A stretch of DNA of 44,399 nucleotides, taken from positions 1 to 44,399 of the forward strand of contig PCCQ01000045.1 in NCBI GenBank assembly GCA_002731795.1, written 5' to 3'. Shown here piece by piece: positions 9,147-18,524 of the stretch. This DNA is from Fidelibacterota bacterium. Its GTDB lineage: Bacteria > Fidelibacterota > Marinisomatia > SCGC-AAA003-L08 > D37C17. The notes beneath the pieces are model-generated. The model was not told the DNA's origin. It did no database searches and was given only the letters and a program-made list of their open reading frames with translations. How positions within the stretch are numbered: position 1 is the stretch's first letter; each line of letters starts with the position of its first letter. Position numbers and translations under genes: made by a program.

Positions 9147-9694
9147 AAAGAAATATTATTTTATTTAGTATCACAATTTTATTCATTCTAATAATGACAA
9201 CACTTTGGTCTTTTGTGTTAACTGATAAGTATGATCAAATTATTGATCTTGAAGATAGTCAAAAAGAGGCAAATGAAAAATTTATTACAACCCAGATTTT
9301 ATCTGATAGTTTGTACTATGTGTATAATATGTTTGAAAAGAATCTTGCTCAAAGTAAAAATGATCCATTAAACAAGCAAGCATCTCGTACCTTTATTAAT
9401 GATTTAACAGATATTTTTAGTAAAATTAATATTAATGGAGTTGGAGTCAGCCCAGCTAAAAAGTATAAAAAGGGTAAATATACATATATACCTTATGAGC
9501 TTGAATTTACATGTGATTATCCCAGGTTTGGTAGATTATTAGCAGAACTATCTGCTAGCGAGCGAATTATAAAGATAGATGAATTTAAATTTATTAATAC
9601 TCCAGATCAAGTTAGGAGGTCTACAGGTGATAATAAACAATTACCTGGAGCAAAAATAACCATGACAATTTCAACTGTAACATTAAATAAATAA
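9143..9694 (+). CDS. pilO: PilO-like pilus assembly protein
   Basis: ATGA overlap with pilN, an N-terminal TM helix and a coiled coil. The C-terminal block YELEFTCDYPRFGRLLAELSASERIIKIDEFKF is typical of PilO. Confidence 0.65.
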   Translation: MKRNIILFSITILFILIMTTLWSFVLTDKYDQIIDLEDSQKEANEKFITTQILSDSLYYVYNMFEKNLAQSKNDPLNKQASRTFINDLTDIFSKININGVGVSPAKKYKKGKYTYIPYELEFTCDYPRFGRLLAELSASERIIKIDEFKFINTPDQVRRSTGDNKQLPGAKITMTISTVTLNK

Positions 9695-9698
9695 TTTT

Positions 9699-10220
9699 AT
9701 GGATAAACGAGAAAACCTACTTTGGCAAATGATACTTACAATAGCTTTTATTGCTATTGCATATGTTGGCTATTCATTATACTACGATAACGATGGATAT
9801 CTTCAGTTACTAGATGATTTTGAATCTGAAGAAATTGGTACTGATAGGCAACTAAAAGATAAAGTGCAAAAACTTGAAATTAGCTTAAAAGAAAAACAGG
9901 ACTTTATTACAGATGGTAGTGAAACAAAATACTACATCGGTCCAGAAGATAATCCTTCTAACTTATTATCAGTGATAAAACTTGAAGGATTTGAATCTAT
10001 GGCTAATCAGCACTTAAAAATAGATAATATTAGATATAGCAAAAGATACAAAGGATATAAAGCAACCTTAATTAACTCCTATGGTGATATAGTGTTTAAT
10101 TTATCTCTAAATGATACTATATCAGGTGGAAAGATTGTTGATATAGGTTCAGACTTTGTAGTTTTTGAAAAAGATAATGAAAGATTTACATACGATATGT
10201 ATAATGAGGAAGGTCAATAA
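9699..10220 (+). CDS. pilP: PilP-like pilus assembly protein (TM-anchored rather than lipoprotein)
   Basis: Position between pilO and the secretin, and an N-terminal TM helix (LWQMILTIAFIAIAYVGYSLYY). The C-terminal beta-rich block KATLINSYGDIVFNLSLNDTISGGKIVDIGSDFVVFE resembles PilP/GspC HR domains. Confidence 0.55.
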   Translation: MDKRENLLWQMILTIAFIAIAYVGYSLYYDNDGYLQLLDDFESEEIGTDRQLKDKVQKLEISLKEKQDFITDGSETKYYIGPEDNPSNLLSVIKLEGFESMANQHLKIDNIRYSKRYKGYKATLINSYGDIVFNLSLNDTISGGKIVDIGSDFVVFEKDNERFTYDMYNEEGQ

Positions 10221-11716
10221 TGAAAATAACTTATTTAGAAAAAAATAACATTTTAAAAACCATCATCCTAAATCAAATGAAAAGGACATTAATATGTTTA
10301 TTTGCTTTTTCAGGTATATTTGCTAACCCACAACTTGATGATATGGGAGAGATAACCATTAAAGCTGTAGACTCCAGTTTATCTGGAATTTTATCTATTT
10401 TAGCTGATGAGAGTGGATATAACATTGTTACTGGTCCAAATGTTAATTCATCAGAGAGAATAACTATTAATCTTGTTGATACTCCAATTGATCAAGCTAT
10501 TGATATGATAGTTCGTGCAGCTGGATTAAGCTATGAAATTCAAGGCAATTCTATTCTAATTGCAAATGCAGATCGATTAAACAGTGATGTTGGAATAAGT
10601 TCTCATGTGATTCCACTAAAATATGCAAACGCTGAGGATGTTGTTGGCTTACTAGCAAATATTACCGAAAAGATTACAGTTGATAAAGCAGGTAATAATT
10701 TATTAGTTACAGTAAGTCCAAAGAAATTAGCTGAAATTCAAACTATAATAGAAGAAGTAGATAAACCTGCAATTCAAATAATGCTTGAGGCTAAGCTTAT
10801 TGAAGTTGCTTTATCTAATGAAGATAAGGAAGGTATTGATTGGGCTAAACTATCTGAGTTAACAACTATTATTGCTGAAAGTGGTGTTCCTCTTCAACTT
10901 GATACCGGAGGTGAAACTGCTTCTTTACTTCCAGGGAGCTCATTTTCTACTTCAACTGAGGGCTTAGTTACTGAAACTCTTACTCCACAAGCATTTCAGC
11001 AACTTCCGTCTGAAATGTATTTTCAAAGAATAACTGGCAAGAATGCTGGATTCAGTAGACAGTTAACCGCATTTGAAGTTACTTTAGACTTCTTGATGAA
11101 AAATAATAGAGCAGATATATTGACAAATTCTCAAGTCGTAACATTGAATGGTCATGAGGCCACAATTTCTATGGTTGATGTAGTACCTTACATTTTATCT
11201 AGTGGAGGACTTGGTGGGCAAGTTCAAGTTCAAAGAGAAGAGATAGGTATAAAATTACATATCCTACCTACTGTAAATACAGATGGATACATAACAACAT
11301 CAGTTAGACCTGAAGTAAGTTCTATATTTGAGTTTATTGGTCCAGATAGAAACATTCCATGGGTTAAAAAAAGGCAATCTACGACAACAATTAGGGTAAT
11401 GGATAATGAATCAATAATAATAGGTGGTCTTCTATCTCTTGACAAAAAAAAGGTTGAGCATCGCGTCCCTTTCTTTTCAAGTATTCCGTTTATTGGCGAA
11501 CGTTTTTTTAGACATAGTTCTGAAATTGAATCAAAAACTGACCTTGTAATACAAATTACTCCCAAAATCATTTATGATAATTACAGCGGCATTAACAAAA
11601 ATCCTTTTCACATTGAGACTGAAAATAAATCTATAACTTATGGCTTAGATGTGGATGATAATAAAAGTGCTAAAAAGAAAACTAAAAAGTCCGACAAAAA
11701 GAAAAAGGAAAAGTAA
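10220..11716 (+). CDS. pilQ: Secretin (PilQ/GspD family) outer-membrane channel
   Basis: Secretin C-domain blocks ILTNSQVVTLNGHEATISMVDVVPY, IGIKLHILPTVNTDGYIT and VPFFSSIPFIGERFFRHSSEIESKTDLVIQITPKII, with an N0/N1-like N-terminus. The true start may be Met20 (10277, MKRTLICLFAFSGIFA signal). No AMIN domain is evident, and the tail is Lys-rich. Confidence 0.88.
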   Translation: MKITYLEKNNILKTIILNQMKRTLICLFAFSGIFANPQLDDMGEITIKAVDSSLSGILSILADESGYNIVTGPNVNSSERITINLVDTPIDQAIDMIVRAAGLSYEIQGNSILIANADRLNSDVGISSHVIPLKYANAEDVVGLLANITEKITVDKAGNNLLVTVSPKKLAEIQTIIEEVDKPAIQIMLEAKLIEVALSNEDKEGIDWAKLSELTTIIAESGVPLQLDTGGETASLLPGSSFSTSTEGLVTETLTPQAFQQLPSEMYFQRITGKNAGFSRQLTAFEVTLDFLMKNNRADILTNSQVVTLNGHEATISMVDVVPYILSSGGLGGQVQVQREEIGIKLHILPTVNTDGYITTSVRPEVSSIFEFIGPDRNIPWVKKRQSTTTIRVMDNESIIIGGLLSLDKKKVEHRVPFFSSIPFIGERFFRHSSEIESKTDLVIQITPKIIYDNYSGINKNPFHIETENKSITYGLDVDDNKSAKKKTKKSDKKKKEK

Positions 11717-11719
11717 TCT

Positions 11720-14700
11720 ATGAAAAGCATAAACTATTCAAACTATAAAGTGCTATTAATATATATTTTCTTACTAATATTTTCACTTTCCTGCGATAAT
11801 TCAGAGCCAGTTTCGGCTGAAAATCCAAATTTAATATATACTATTTCAGTGCAAACAGAAGTAAGAAATTGCCATCTATTAAATTGTGTCGAAAATACAA
11901 CCTATGCATATGATGTTGATAATCCTCTTACAACAGACTATCATTTATATTTTCAAATAGAAATACTTGATTCAGATGATGAACCTGTTGAAGGAGCTGA
12001 AATTAATGTACAAGAATGCATCCTGACTGGTGGCGACTCTTCAAGCTGTGAATCAACTACGTCCAGTTTTGCATACTTTGATGGTGGAAGCTCCACCACA
12101 AATAGCGAAGGTATTTTAGAAGGATACTGGAAAGATAATGGAGAAAGTGGCTTATTTAATGTTACTTTTTCATATACAGATCAATATGAAACTATTAATC
12201 AAACAACTGAGCAAATTACTGTTAACTCTCTTTCAGATTTCATTAATTTAAGTGTTACAACATCTACTAGCGAAGTTTTTAGTGACAATACAAATGTAAC
12301 TTATCAAACTACTATATCAGCTAGAGTACTAAATGAGTATAATTCTTCTATGCCAAACATTCCAATCTTATTCAATCTTCTTACAGATGGTGTGGGATCG
12401 TTGGATAATTCATTAGCTTACACATCTGATACCGGTGAGCCTGCATCTGCAGTTTACACAATAGAACCAGCATCAATTCCAGGCCTAAGTAGTAATAATG
12501 TTGATGTTGTTTTTAGTATATCTGTATTCAATGAAGACATTGCTGAAACTCTTGAAGCAACATATCCTGTATCTGGTGGACAAGAACCAGAATATGATAT
12601 AGCAGAATTCTATTTCTATCCAAACTATGAGTCTATTCCTCATGATCAATATGATAATACAGAGATATCAGTAATTGCAAAAAATCAAGCTGGAGTTGGT
12701 ATATCTAATGTTCTTGTCAGATTTGCTCTAGATGCTGAGCAAAGAGGATCAAATGGTGAAATTAGTCATGAATTTGAATATACCTGTTGCGAAAACTCAG
12801 ACTCAGATTCTACTATAGTTGAAGGTCAGAATGGTGTAGCAAGTGTTACATACACAAATATACAAGGTGGAAATGATATTTTAACTGCTTATGTTCTTGA
12901 CCCCTTTACTTCGGAAATCTTAACGGATTCAGAAGGAAATCAAATAGGAACAGATAATATTACAATAGTAAATAATGAGGCATGCCCTAATTGTGATGAA
13001 GATTTGAGATTGGTTGCTTCTAATTATTTACTTCCTGACAGTAATGGCCTAGAATCAACTGATGTATATGCTTTTTATACAGATTCATTAGGAAATCCTC
13101 CAGCCTTAAATTCATTCATGACATTCTCTGCAATCCAAACTGATCCAGATAATGACGGTGAATGGCTTGAAGCTGGATCTCTAAATCCTGAAAATGGATT
13201 ATTTGTTTCTGCTCAAGCAGGTGAACTCGATGACCCTATATTTAATAGCTTTCCAGATGACACTACAATTGTATATGCAAAAACAACATTTAATGCAGAA
13301 ACTGCATCAGGACTAGTTAAAGTAGTTGGTCTTTATGAAGGCTTAACAGATACTCTTGGTGTTCAAATCTCATCATCATATGCGCACTCAGTTTCTATAA
13401 CCCCTCCATTCCCAAGTGTTATATCTGTACAAGGAAGTCCAACAGATGAGTCTACTGTACTTGAAGCAGTTATAACTGATGCCTTTGGAAATAATGTTAC
13501 AGAACCTTATATAACTAGATGGAAGTTAACTAATGAAACAGTCCTTGGGGGCGTACATCTTGATGGAAATGAAAATTTAAGTGACGCATATTCAATTTCA
13601 ACATTAGGTGTATCAAATATAACAGTGAACTCAGGCCAGGTACCAGCATCAGTAGCAATGAATTTAGAAGTTCATCCTTATTCCGTTTTAGAAACCATAG
13701 AAAATGCTGATGAACTAGATGCCTTAGATGTAGATGATTTAGATGGTGATGGTTCAACCAGTGATAGATTATATGAGCCTATTTGTTCTGCATATTCAGT
13801 ACCATTAACAGTTGCATCTGGTCCAGCGACTTCAGGTATTATTGGATACTCTTTTTTGGAAGCTGAGAATATTGGTGGTGGATTAACAGAAATGCCAGTC
13901 TCAATAATGCTTTGGGATACATGGGCAAACCCCGTTGTGGATTCAACATCTGTTTATTTTACATTAAATCCTGAAAATTTAGCAGAAATAGGAGCTGAAG
14001 CAAAAACTAATAATGTAAAACCTGGAGGTGATCCTGATTCAGATCACTGGCCCGGAGTTGCTTGGACAACAATTACATATAATTCAGCACAACTCCATGA
14101 AGTTCCTGAAATTTTAGGTTATACAACTGGAAGCTTTTGCGCTGATAGTCTATCTTCATACGAAGAGTGTGCAGAATTAGAGCTTGAATGGCTCACAAGT
14201 CAACAAATTGTTGTTTCAAGTTTTGCTAATCCTGTAGACTATGAAAATGTTTGTGTTGATTGCTCATTGTCATTACTTCCATTGTCTGATACTCAAGTAG
14301 ATTGGGCTTGCCCTGCAAACCCTAACCCTAATAATGATATTTTTGAAGTGATACTAAGAGCCCAGCTTCTTGACTTCTATGGTGTACCTGTCCAGGGCTC
14401 TAATGTTGAACTTATATATACAGGTTCGCAAGGTGCTCCTACAGTAGAAGCAATTTTAAACTTATGTTATTTTGATATAAATGGTAATGGTGAATATGAT
14501 GATGGTGAGGAACAAGTAGATAGTGAAACAGGTGAACCACTTACTCAAGAACAATGTGATGCAACAACAGTACTTACTTGGGGGCAAGCATTTATTTTGG
14601 AACCACCTAGCAATCAAGTTTTAACAGATGAAGATGGAAATAAATATTTTAGAATTACATTTAATCATAATGAATGTACACTAACGGCGTCTGATCCTGA

Positions 14701-14806
14701 ACAGTATACATGTACTAGCCCAACTATTTTTGCAAATCTTGTAAATCCAAATGGTGCTCAAAGTGATGAAGTAAGTGTAACACTGCTAAGTACTTGTACA
14801 GATTAA
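11720..14806 (+). CDS. Large acidic lipoprotein with ~7 Ig-like (Big_1-like) modules and two EF-hand/dockerin-like Ca-binding loops; function unknown
   Basis: Lipobox LIFSLS|C. Recurring ~100-aa modules have the pattern xDxxGNPVxxxxVxF ... G.A.VTYT...G...LTAYV. Loops are DVDDLDGDGSTSD (13727-13765) and DINGNGEYDDGEE (14474-14512). There are many paired Cys. Confidence 0.55.
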   Translation: MKSINYSNYKVLLIYIFLLIFSLSCDNSEPVSAENPNLIYTISVQTEVRNCHLLNCVENTTYAYDVDNPLTTDYHLYFQIEILDSDDEPVEGAEINVQECILTGGDSSSCESTTSSFAYFDGGSSTTNSEGILEGYWKDNGESGLFNVTFSYTDQYETINQTTEQITVNSLSDFINLSVTTSTSEVFSDNTNVTYQTTISARVLNEYNSSMPNIPILFNLLTDGVGSLDNSLAYTSDTGEPASAVYTIEPASIPGLSSNNVDVVFSISVFNEDIAETLEATYPVSGGQEPEYDIAEFYFYPNYESIPHDQYDNTEISVIAKNQAGVGISNVLVRFALDAEQRGSNGEISHEFEYTCCENSDSDSTIVEGQNGVASVTYTNIQGGNDILTAYVLDPFTSEILTDSEGNQIGTDNITIVNNEACPNCDEDLRLVASNYLLPDSNGLESTDVYAFYTDSLGNPPALNSFMTFSAIQTDPDNDGEWLEAGSLNPENGLFVSAQAGELDDPIFNSFPDDTTIVYAKTTFNAETASGLVKVVGLYEGLTDTLGVQISSSYAHSVSITPPFPSVISVQGSPTDESTVLEAVITDAFGNNVTEPYITRWKLTNETVLGGVHLDGNENLSDAYSISTLGVSNITVNSGQVPASVAMNLEVHPYSVLETIENADELDALDVDDLDGDGSTSDRLYEPICSAYSVPLTVASGPATSGIIGYSFLEAENIGGGLTEMPVSIMLWDTWANPVVDSTSVYFTLNPENLAEIGAEAKTNNVKPGGDPDSDHWPGVAWTTITYNSAQLHEVPEILGYTTGSFCADSLSSYEECAELELEWLTSQQIVVSSFANPVDYENVCVDCSLSLLPLSDTQVDWACPANPNPNNDIFEVILRAQLLDFYGVPVQGSNVELIYTGSQGAPTVEAILNLCYFDINGNGEYDDGEEQVDSETGEPLTQEQCDATTVLTWGQAFILEPPSNQVLTDEDGNKYFRITFNHNECTLTASDPEQYTCTSPTIFANLVNPNGAQSDEVSVTLLSTCTD

Positions 14807-14824
14807 AATTGAAAGGATAATTTA

Positions 14825-16543
14825 ATGAGTTATAATCCACAATTTGCAAAACTTGGTGAGATTTTAGTTAATGAAAACATGATAACTGAAGAACAGTTAA
14901 ATCAAGCTTTAGCAGAACAAAAAAATAAAAAAGGTAAACTTGGAAATATTCTTATTGCAAGTGGAACAATCACAGAAGATGATTTGGTAAAAGCATTTTC
15001 TCTTCAGCTTGGAAGTAAGTCTATTAGTGAAGATGAACTTTTAAAAGCTCCTGAAGAAACTGTAAAGCTTTTAGCTGAAGATTTTGCAAAAGAAAATAAT
15101 GTAATCACACTAAAGCAAACAGATAACTCGATATATGTTGCAATGGAAGACCCTGAGGATGTTGCAACAATAGATGCAATAAAAAAGCTCACTAATTTAA
15201 ATCCTGAAATTCTAGTTGCAGGAAAAACTGCTATAAGCAATGCTATTGAAACTTTATATGAAAGAGTTAAAAAATCTGGAGAAGTTGAAAGTGCTATTTC
15301 CAATATAAAGGTAATACCTGGAAGTGAGGACGATGGTGATGAACTTGATTTAGTTGAAGAAAAAGTTTCTGCTAAAGATGCTCCATTTGTAAAATTAGTT
15401 AACCTAATTTTAACAGAAGCAATTAAAGAAGATTCATCTGATATACATATAGAACCTGGTAGGGATGAAGTGAATGTCAGAATAAGAGTTGATGGAGTTT
15501 TAATTAGAATAATGACCCCCCCTGCTTCCTCTCTTAATGGTATAGTAACAAGGATTAAAATTCTTTCAAAACTTAACATTGCTGAACATAGATTGCCACA
15601 AGACGGTAGAATGAAAATCAAAACATCCTCTAGAGACATCGATGTAAGGGTTTCTATACTACCTACAGTTCATGGTGAAAAAGTTGTTCTTAGATTACTT
15701 GGAAGTGGAAAGTTATCTCTTAATCTTAGCAATCTTGGTTTTGAAGAAAAAAAATTAACTACATTTAAAAAATGGATAAATCAACCATACGGAATGATAA
15801 TTATATCTGGACCAACTGGTAGTGGTAAATCGACAACATTGTATGCAGCCCTTCAAGAAATACATTCAGAAGGAATTAATATAACAACAGTTGAAGATCC
15901 AGTGGAATACCAATTACCAGGAATAAATCAAGTGCAAATGCATGATGAGATTGGGTTGAACTTTGCTGCATCATTAAGATCTATTCTTAGACAAGACCCA
16001 GATGTGTTATTAATTGGTGAGATAAGAGATGAAGAAACTGCAAACATAGCTGTTAAATTTTCTATGACTGGTCACTTAGTATTCAGTACTGTTCATGCTA
16101 ATGATGCTACATCAACAATCGCTAGGCTTCTTGATTTAGGAATTCCTCCTTTCTTGCTCGGTTCTTCATTAAATCTTGTAATGGCACAAAGACTTGTAAG
16201 AACAATTGATAAAGATAATAAAGAAAACTATACGCCTACAAAAGATGAGTTAGATCTAATATCTTTCCCAAAAGATAAACAAAAATCTACAAAGTTTTTT
16301 AGAGGAACTCCTAGTAGAGACAATCATAATACTGGATATAAAGGTCGAACTGCGATTCATGAAATTCTAGAAGTTGATAATCCTATGAAAAAATTAATTT
16401 TTGATGGTGCGAATCAAAATGAAATTAAAAAAGAAGCTATTAAAAATGGAATGACGCCTCTAAGAGATGCTGGAATCTCAAAAATCGTTAGTGGCGATAC
16501 AACTATTGATGAAGTCCTAAGAGCAACTGTAGAAGATATTTAA
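14825..16543 (+). CDS. pilB: Type IV pilus extension ATPase PilB (GspE family)
   Basis: 572 aa with a T2SSE_N-like N-terminus. Walker A GPTGSGKST, Asp box, Walker B DPDVLLIGEIRD, His box TGHLVFSTVHAND, and the TGYKGRTAIHEIL block. The ORF contains no cysteine. Confidence 0.9.
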   Translation: MSYNPQFAKLGEILVNENMITEEQLNQALAEQKNKKGKLGNILIASGTITEDDLVKAFSLQLGSKSISEDELLKAPEETVKLLAEDFAKENNVITLKQTDNSIYVAMEDPEDVATIDAIKKLTNLNPEILVAGKTAISNAIETLYERVKKSGEVESAISNIKVIPGSEDDGDELDLVEEKVSAKDAPFVKLVNLILTEAIKEDSSDIHIEPGRDEVNVRIRVDGVLIRIMTPPASSLNGIVTRIKILSKLNIAEHRLPQDGRMKIKTSSRDIDVRVSILPTVHGEKVVLRLLGSGKLSLNLSNLGFEEKKLTTFKKWINQPYGMIIISGPTGSGKSTTLYAALQEIHSEGINITTVEDPVEYQLPGINQVQMHDEIGLNFAASLRSILRQDPDVLLIGEIRDEETANIAVKFSMTGHLVFSTVHANDATSTIARLLDLGIPPFLLGSSLNLVMAQRLVRTIDKDNKENYTPTKDELDLISFPKDKQKSTKFFRGTPSRDNHNTGYKGRTAIHEILEVDNPMKKLIFDGANQNEIKKEAIKNGMTPLRDAGISKIVSGDTTIDEVLRATVEDI

Positions 16544-17787
16544 TGCCTTCATACGAATATATTGTAAGAACTCAAGATGGTAAGCGGCTTGAAGGAAAAA
16601 TAGAAGCTGAGAACTTAAATCGTGCAAACGAAAAACTTGAAGAAAAAAAATTTACAATTGTAAAGTTAAAAGAGAATGAAGTAGCATTTGACTTTCTGGG
16701 ACCATTTCTAGATAGATTAAATCTAGAAATGGAAAAATTTAAAAATCGAATTCCATTATCAACTCTTGTTTTCTTTACTCGTCAATTATCAACAATGTTT
16801 TCAGCTGGACTTACACTAGAAAAATCTATTTTTTTTCTATCACAAGAAGAAAAAAATAAAAAATTCAAGAAGATACTTGGTGATTTAGATCAAAATATAA
16901 AAAGAGGAATGCTTTTATCAGATACACTTGAACGACATCCAGGTGTTTTTTCAAATCTTTTTATATCAATGGTAAGAGCAGGAGAAGTAAGCGGTAAATT
17001 ATCAGAAACCCTTGAAGAATTAGCTGAATATCTTGAGACTGTAGAAGAAACACAAAGAAAAGTTAAGTCAGCAATGTATTACCCCGTCTTTATAATTGGA
17101 TTTCTTGTGGTTACTTTATTTTTAACATTCACATATCTAATCCCTAGTTTTTCGGATGTTTATGACCAATTAGGATCAGAGCTTCCATATTATACTGTAC
17201 TTATGGTAAATATAGGAGAATGGCTTCAAGCGAATGTATTTTTTGTTTTATTATCAAGTTTTACATCTTTGGCTACAATATGGATGGCAACACTTACTGA
17301 TTCAGGTAAATTATTAAAAGATAGAATGCTACTTAGGATTCCAATATTTGGTAAGATAATAAAAGATAATATCCTAAGTAAATTCTCAAAGACTTTTGGT
17401 ATACTTGTTAATGCAGGAGTACCAATTATAGATACTCTAAATTTAGTTAAAAAGGTGGTTGATAATAGAGTTTATGAACTTGCCACAATTGAAGCATCAA
17501 CAAATATTGAAAATGGTGCAAATATATCTCAAGCACTTAAAAATACTGGAGAATTCCCGTCCGTAATGATACAATTGTTATCTACTGGAGAAGAAACTGG
17601 AGAAATTGACACTCTATCACTCAAGGCTTCAGAATTCTATACTAAGCAAGTAAATGCCAGTGTTGATAGACTTACTTCAATAATTGAGCCATTATTAATT
17701 ATTTTAGTAGGAGGAGTTATTGGAATAATTGTTGTTGCCACATATTTGCCAATTTTCCACTTTGGTACTGCTTTATCAGACTATTAA
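16543..17787 (+). CDS. pilC: Type IV pilus inner-membrane platform protein PilC (GspF family)
   Basis: 414 aa with duplicated GspF-type domains (FTRQLSTMFSAGLTLEKSI and FSKTFGILVNAGVPIIDTL) and three TM segments. TAATG overlap with pilB. Confidence 0.88.
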   Translation: MPSYEYIVRTQDGKRLEGKIEAENLNRANEKLEEKKFTIVKLKENEVAFDFLGPFLDRLNLEMEKFKNRIPLSTLVFFTRQLSTMFSAGLTLEKSIFFLSQEEKNKKFKKILGDLDQNIKRGMLLSDTLERHPGVFSNLFISMVRAGEVSGKLSETLEELAEYLETVEETQRKVKSAMYYPVFIIGFLVVTLFLTFTYLIPSFSDVYDQLGSELPYYTVLMVNIGEWLQANVFFVLLSSFTSLATIWMATLTDSGKLLKDRMLLRIPIFGKIIKDNILSKFSKTFGILVNAGVPIIDTLNLVKKVVDNRVYELATIEASTNIENGANISQALKNTGEFPSVMIQLLSTGEETGEIDTLSLKASEFYTKQVNASVDRLTSIIEPLLIILVGGVIGIIVVATYLPIFHFGTALSDY

Positions 17788-18524
17788 TGATTTTATCTTT
17801 TATTGCTGGATCAATAATTGGTAGTTTCCTTAATGTTGTAATTTTTAGAACACCTCAAAACCTATCAATAATATCCCCTCGGTCACACTGTCCGAAATGT
17901 AAAAGTTTTATCCCGTTTTATTATAATATACCAATAGTTAGTTTCATATTTTTAGGTGGAAAATGTAAACAATGCAATGAAAAAATTTCTTGGCAATATA
18001 TAAGCGTAGAAATTATTACTGGTATACTATTTGTTTTTTCTTTTTCTAAATTCTCACTAAGTGAAGCAATTTTACTTAACGTAGTTTTTTGCTGCTTAAT
18101 CATTATAAGCTATATTGATTTTCATTACTTATTAATTCCATCAATATATTTATACTTATTAATTTTTCTTCTAATTCCTTATACGTATATAACAACTCAG
18201 AGTCCGTATCAAACTATTTTAGGTGCTGTGGCAATTACAACTTATTTAGCTATATGCACACTGATTGTTGGAATAATTAAAAGAGATATAAATATTTTAG
18301 GGTTTGGCGATATTCTGCTTATTATTTTTATTGGTGGATGGCTTGGAATTATCCACTCATTTATTAGTTTGTTTCTTGCAGCGATTATAGGGATTTTATA
18401 TATAATAATAAATAATCATTTAATTAAGAATGAAACAATTAAGATTCCGTTTGGAACATGCTTATCTATTTCATTTACTATAATTACAATTTTAAAAGAG
18501 TATACAAAGCTACTTACTTTTTAA
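17787..18524 (+). CDS. pilD: Prepilin peptidase / N-methyltransferase PilD (peptidase A24)
   Basis: CPKC...CKQC cysteine pairs in the first cytoplasmic loop. Catalytic Asp contexts ISYIDFHYLLIP and GFGDILLIIFIGGWLG. Polytopic membrane protein. TAATG overlap with pilC. Confidence 0.88.
   Translation: MILSFIAGSIIGSFLNVVIFRTPQNLSIISPRSHCPKCKSFIPFYYNIPIVSFIFLGGKCKQCNEKISWQYISVEIITGILFVFSFSKFSLSEAILLNVVFCCLIIISYIDFHYLLIPSIYLYLLIFLLIPYTYITTQSPYQTILGAVAITTYLAICTLIVGIIKRDINILGFGDILLIIFIGGWLGIIHSFISLFLAAIIGILYIIINNHLIKNETIKIPFGTCLSISFTIITILKEYTKLLTF

Noticed and set aside
15004-15639. 211-aa minus-strand ORF inside pilB
   Set aside because: It lies antisense to a gene with unambiguous PilB/GspE motifs. 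The product is low-complexity and Ser/Ile/Leu-rich, typical of the shadow frame of a GAA/AAA-rich AT-biased gene. It has no SD or recognisable motif.
2029-18524. Interpreting the cluster as a type II secretion system
   Set aside because: A PilT retraction ATPase with the AIRNLIRE signature and a PilM-PilN-PilO-PilP set (rather than GspC/L/M) point to a type IVa pilus. The only T2SS-like trait is the reduced I/J/K-style pseudopilin set.
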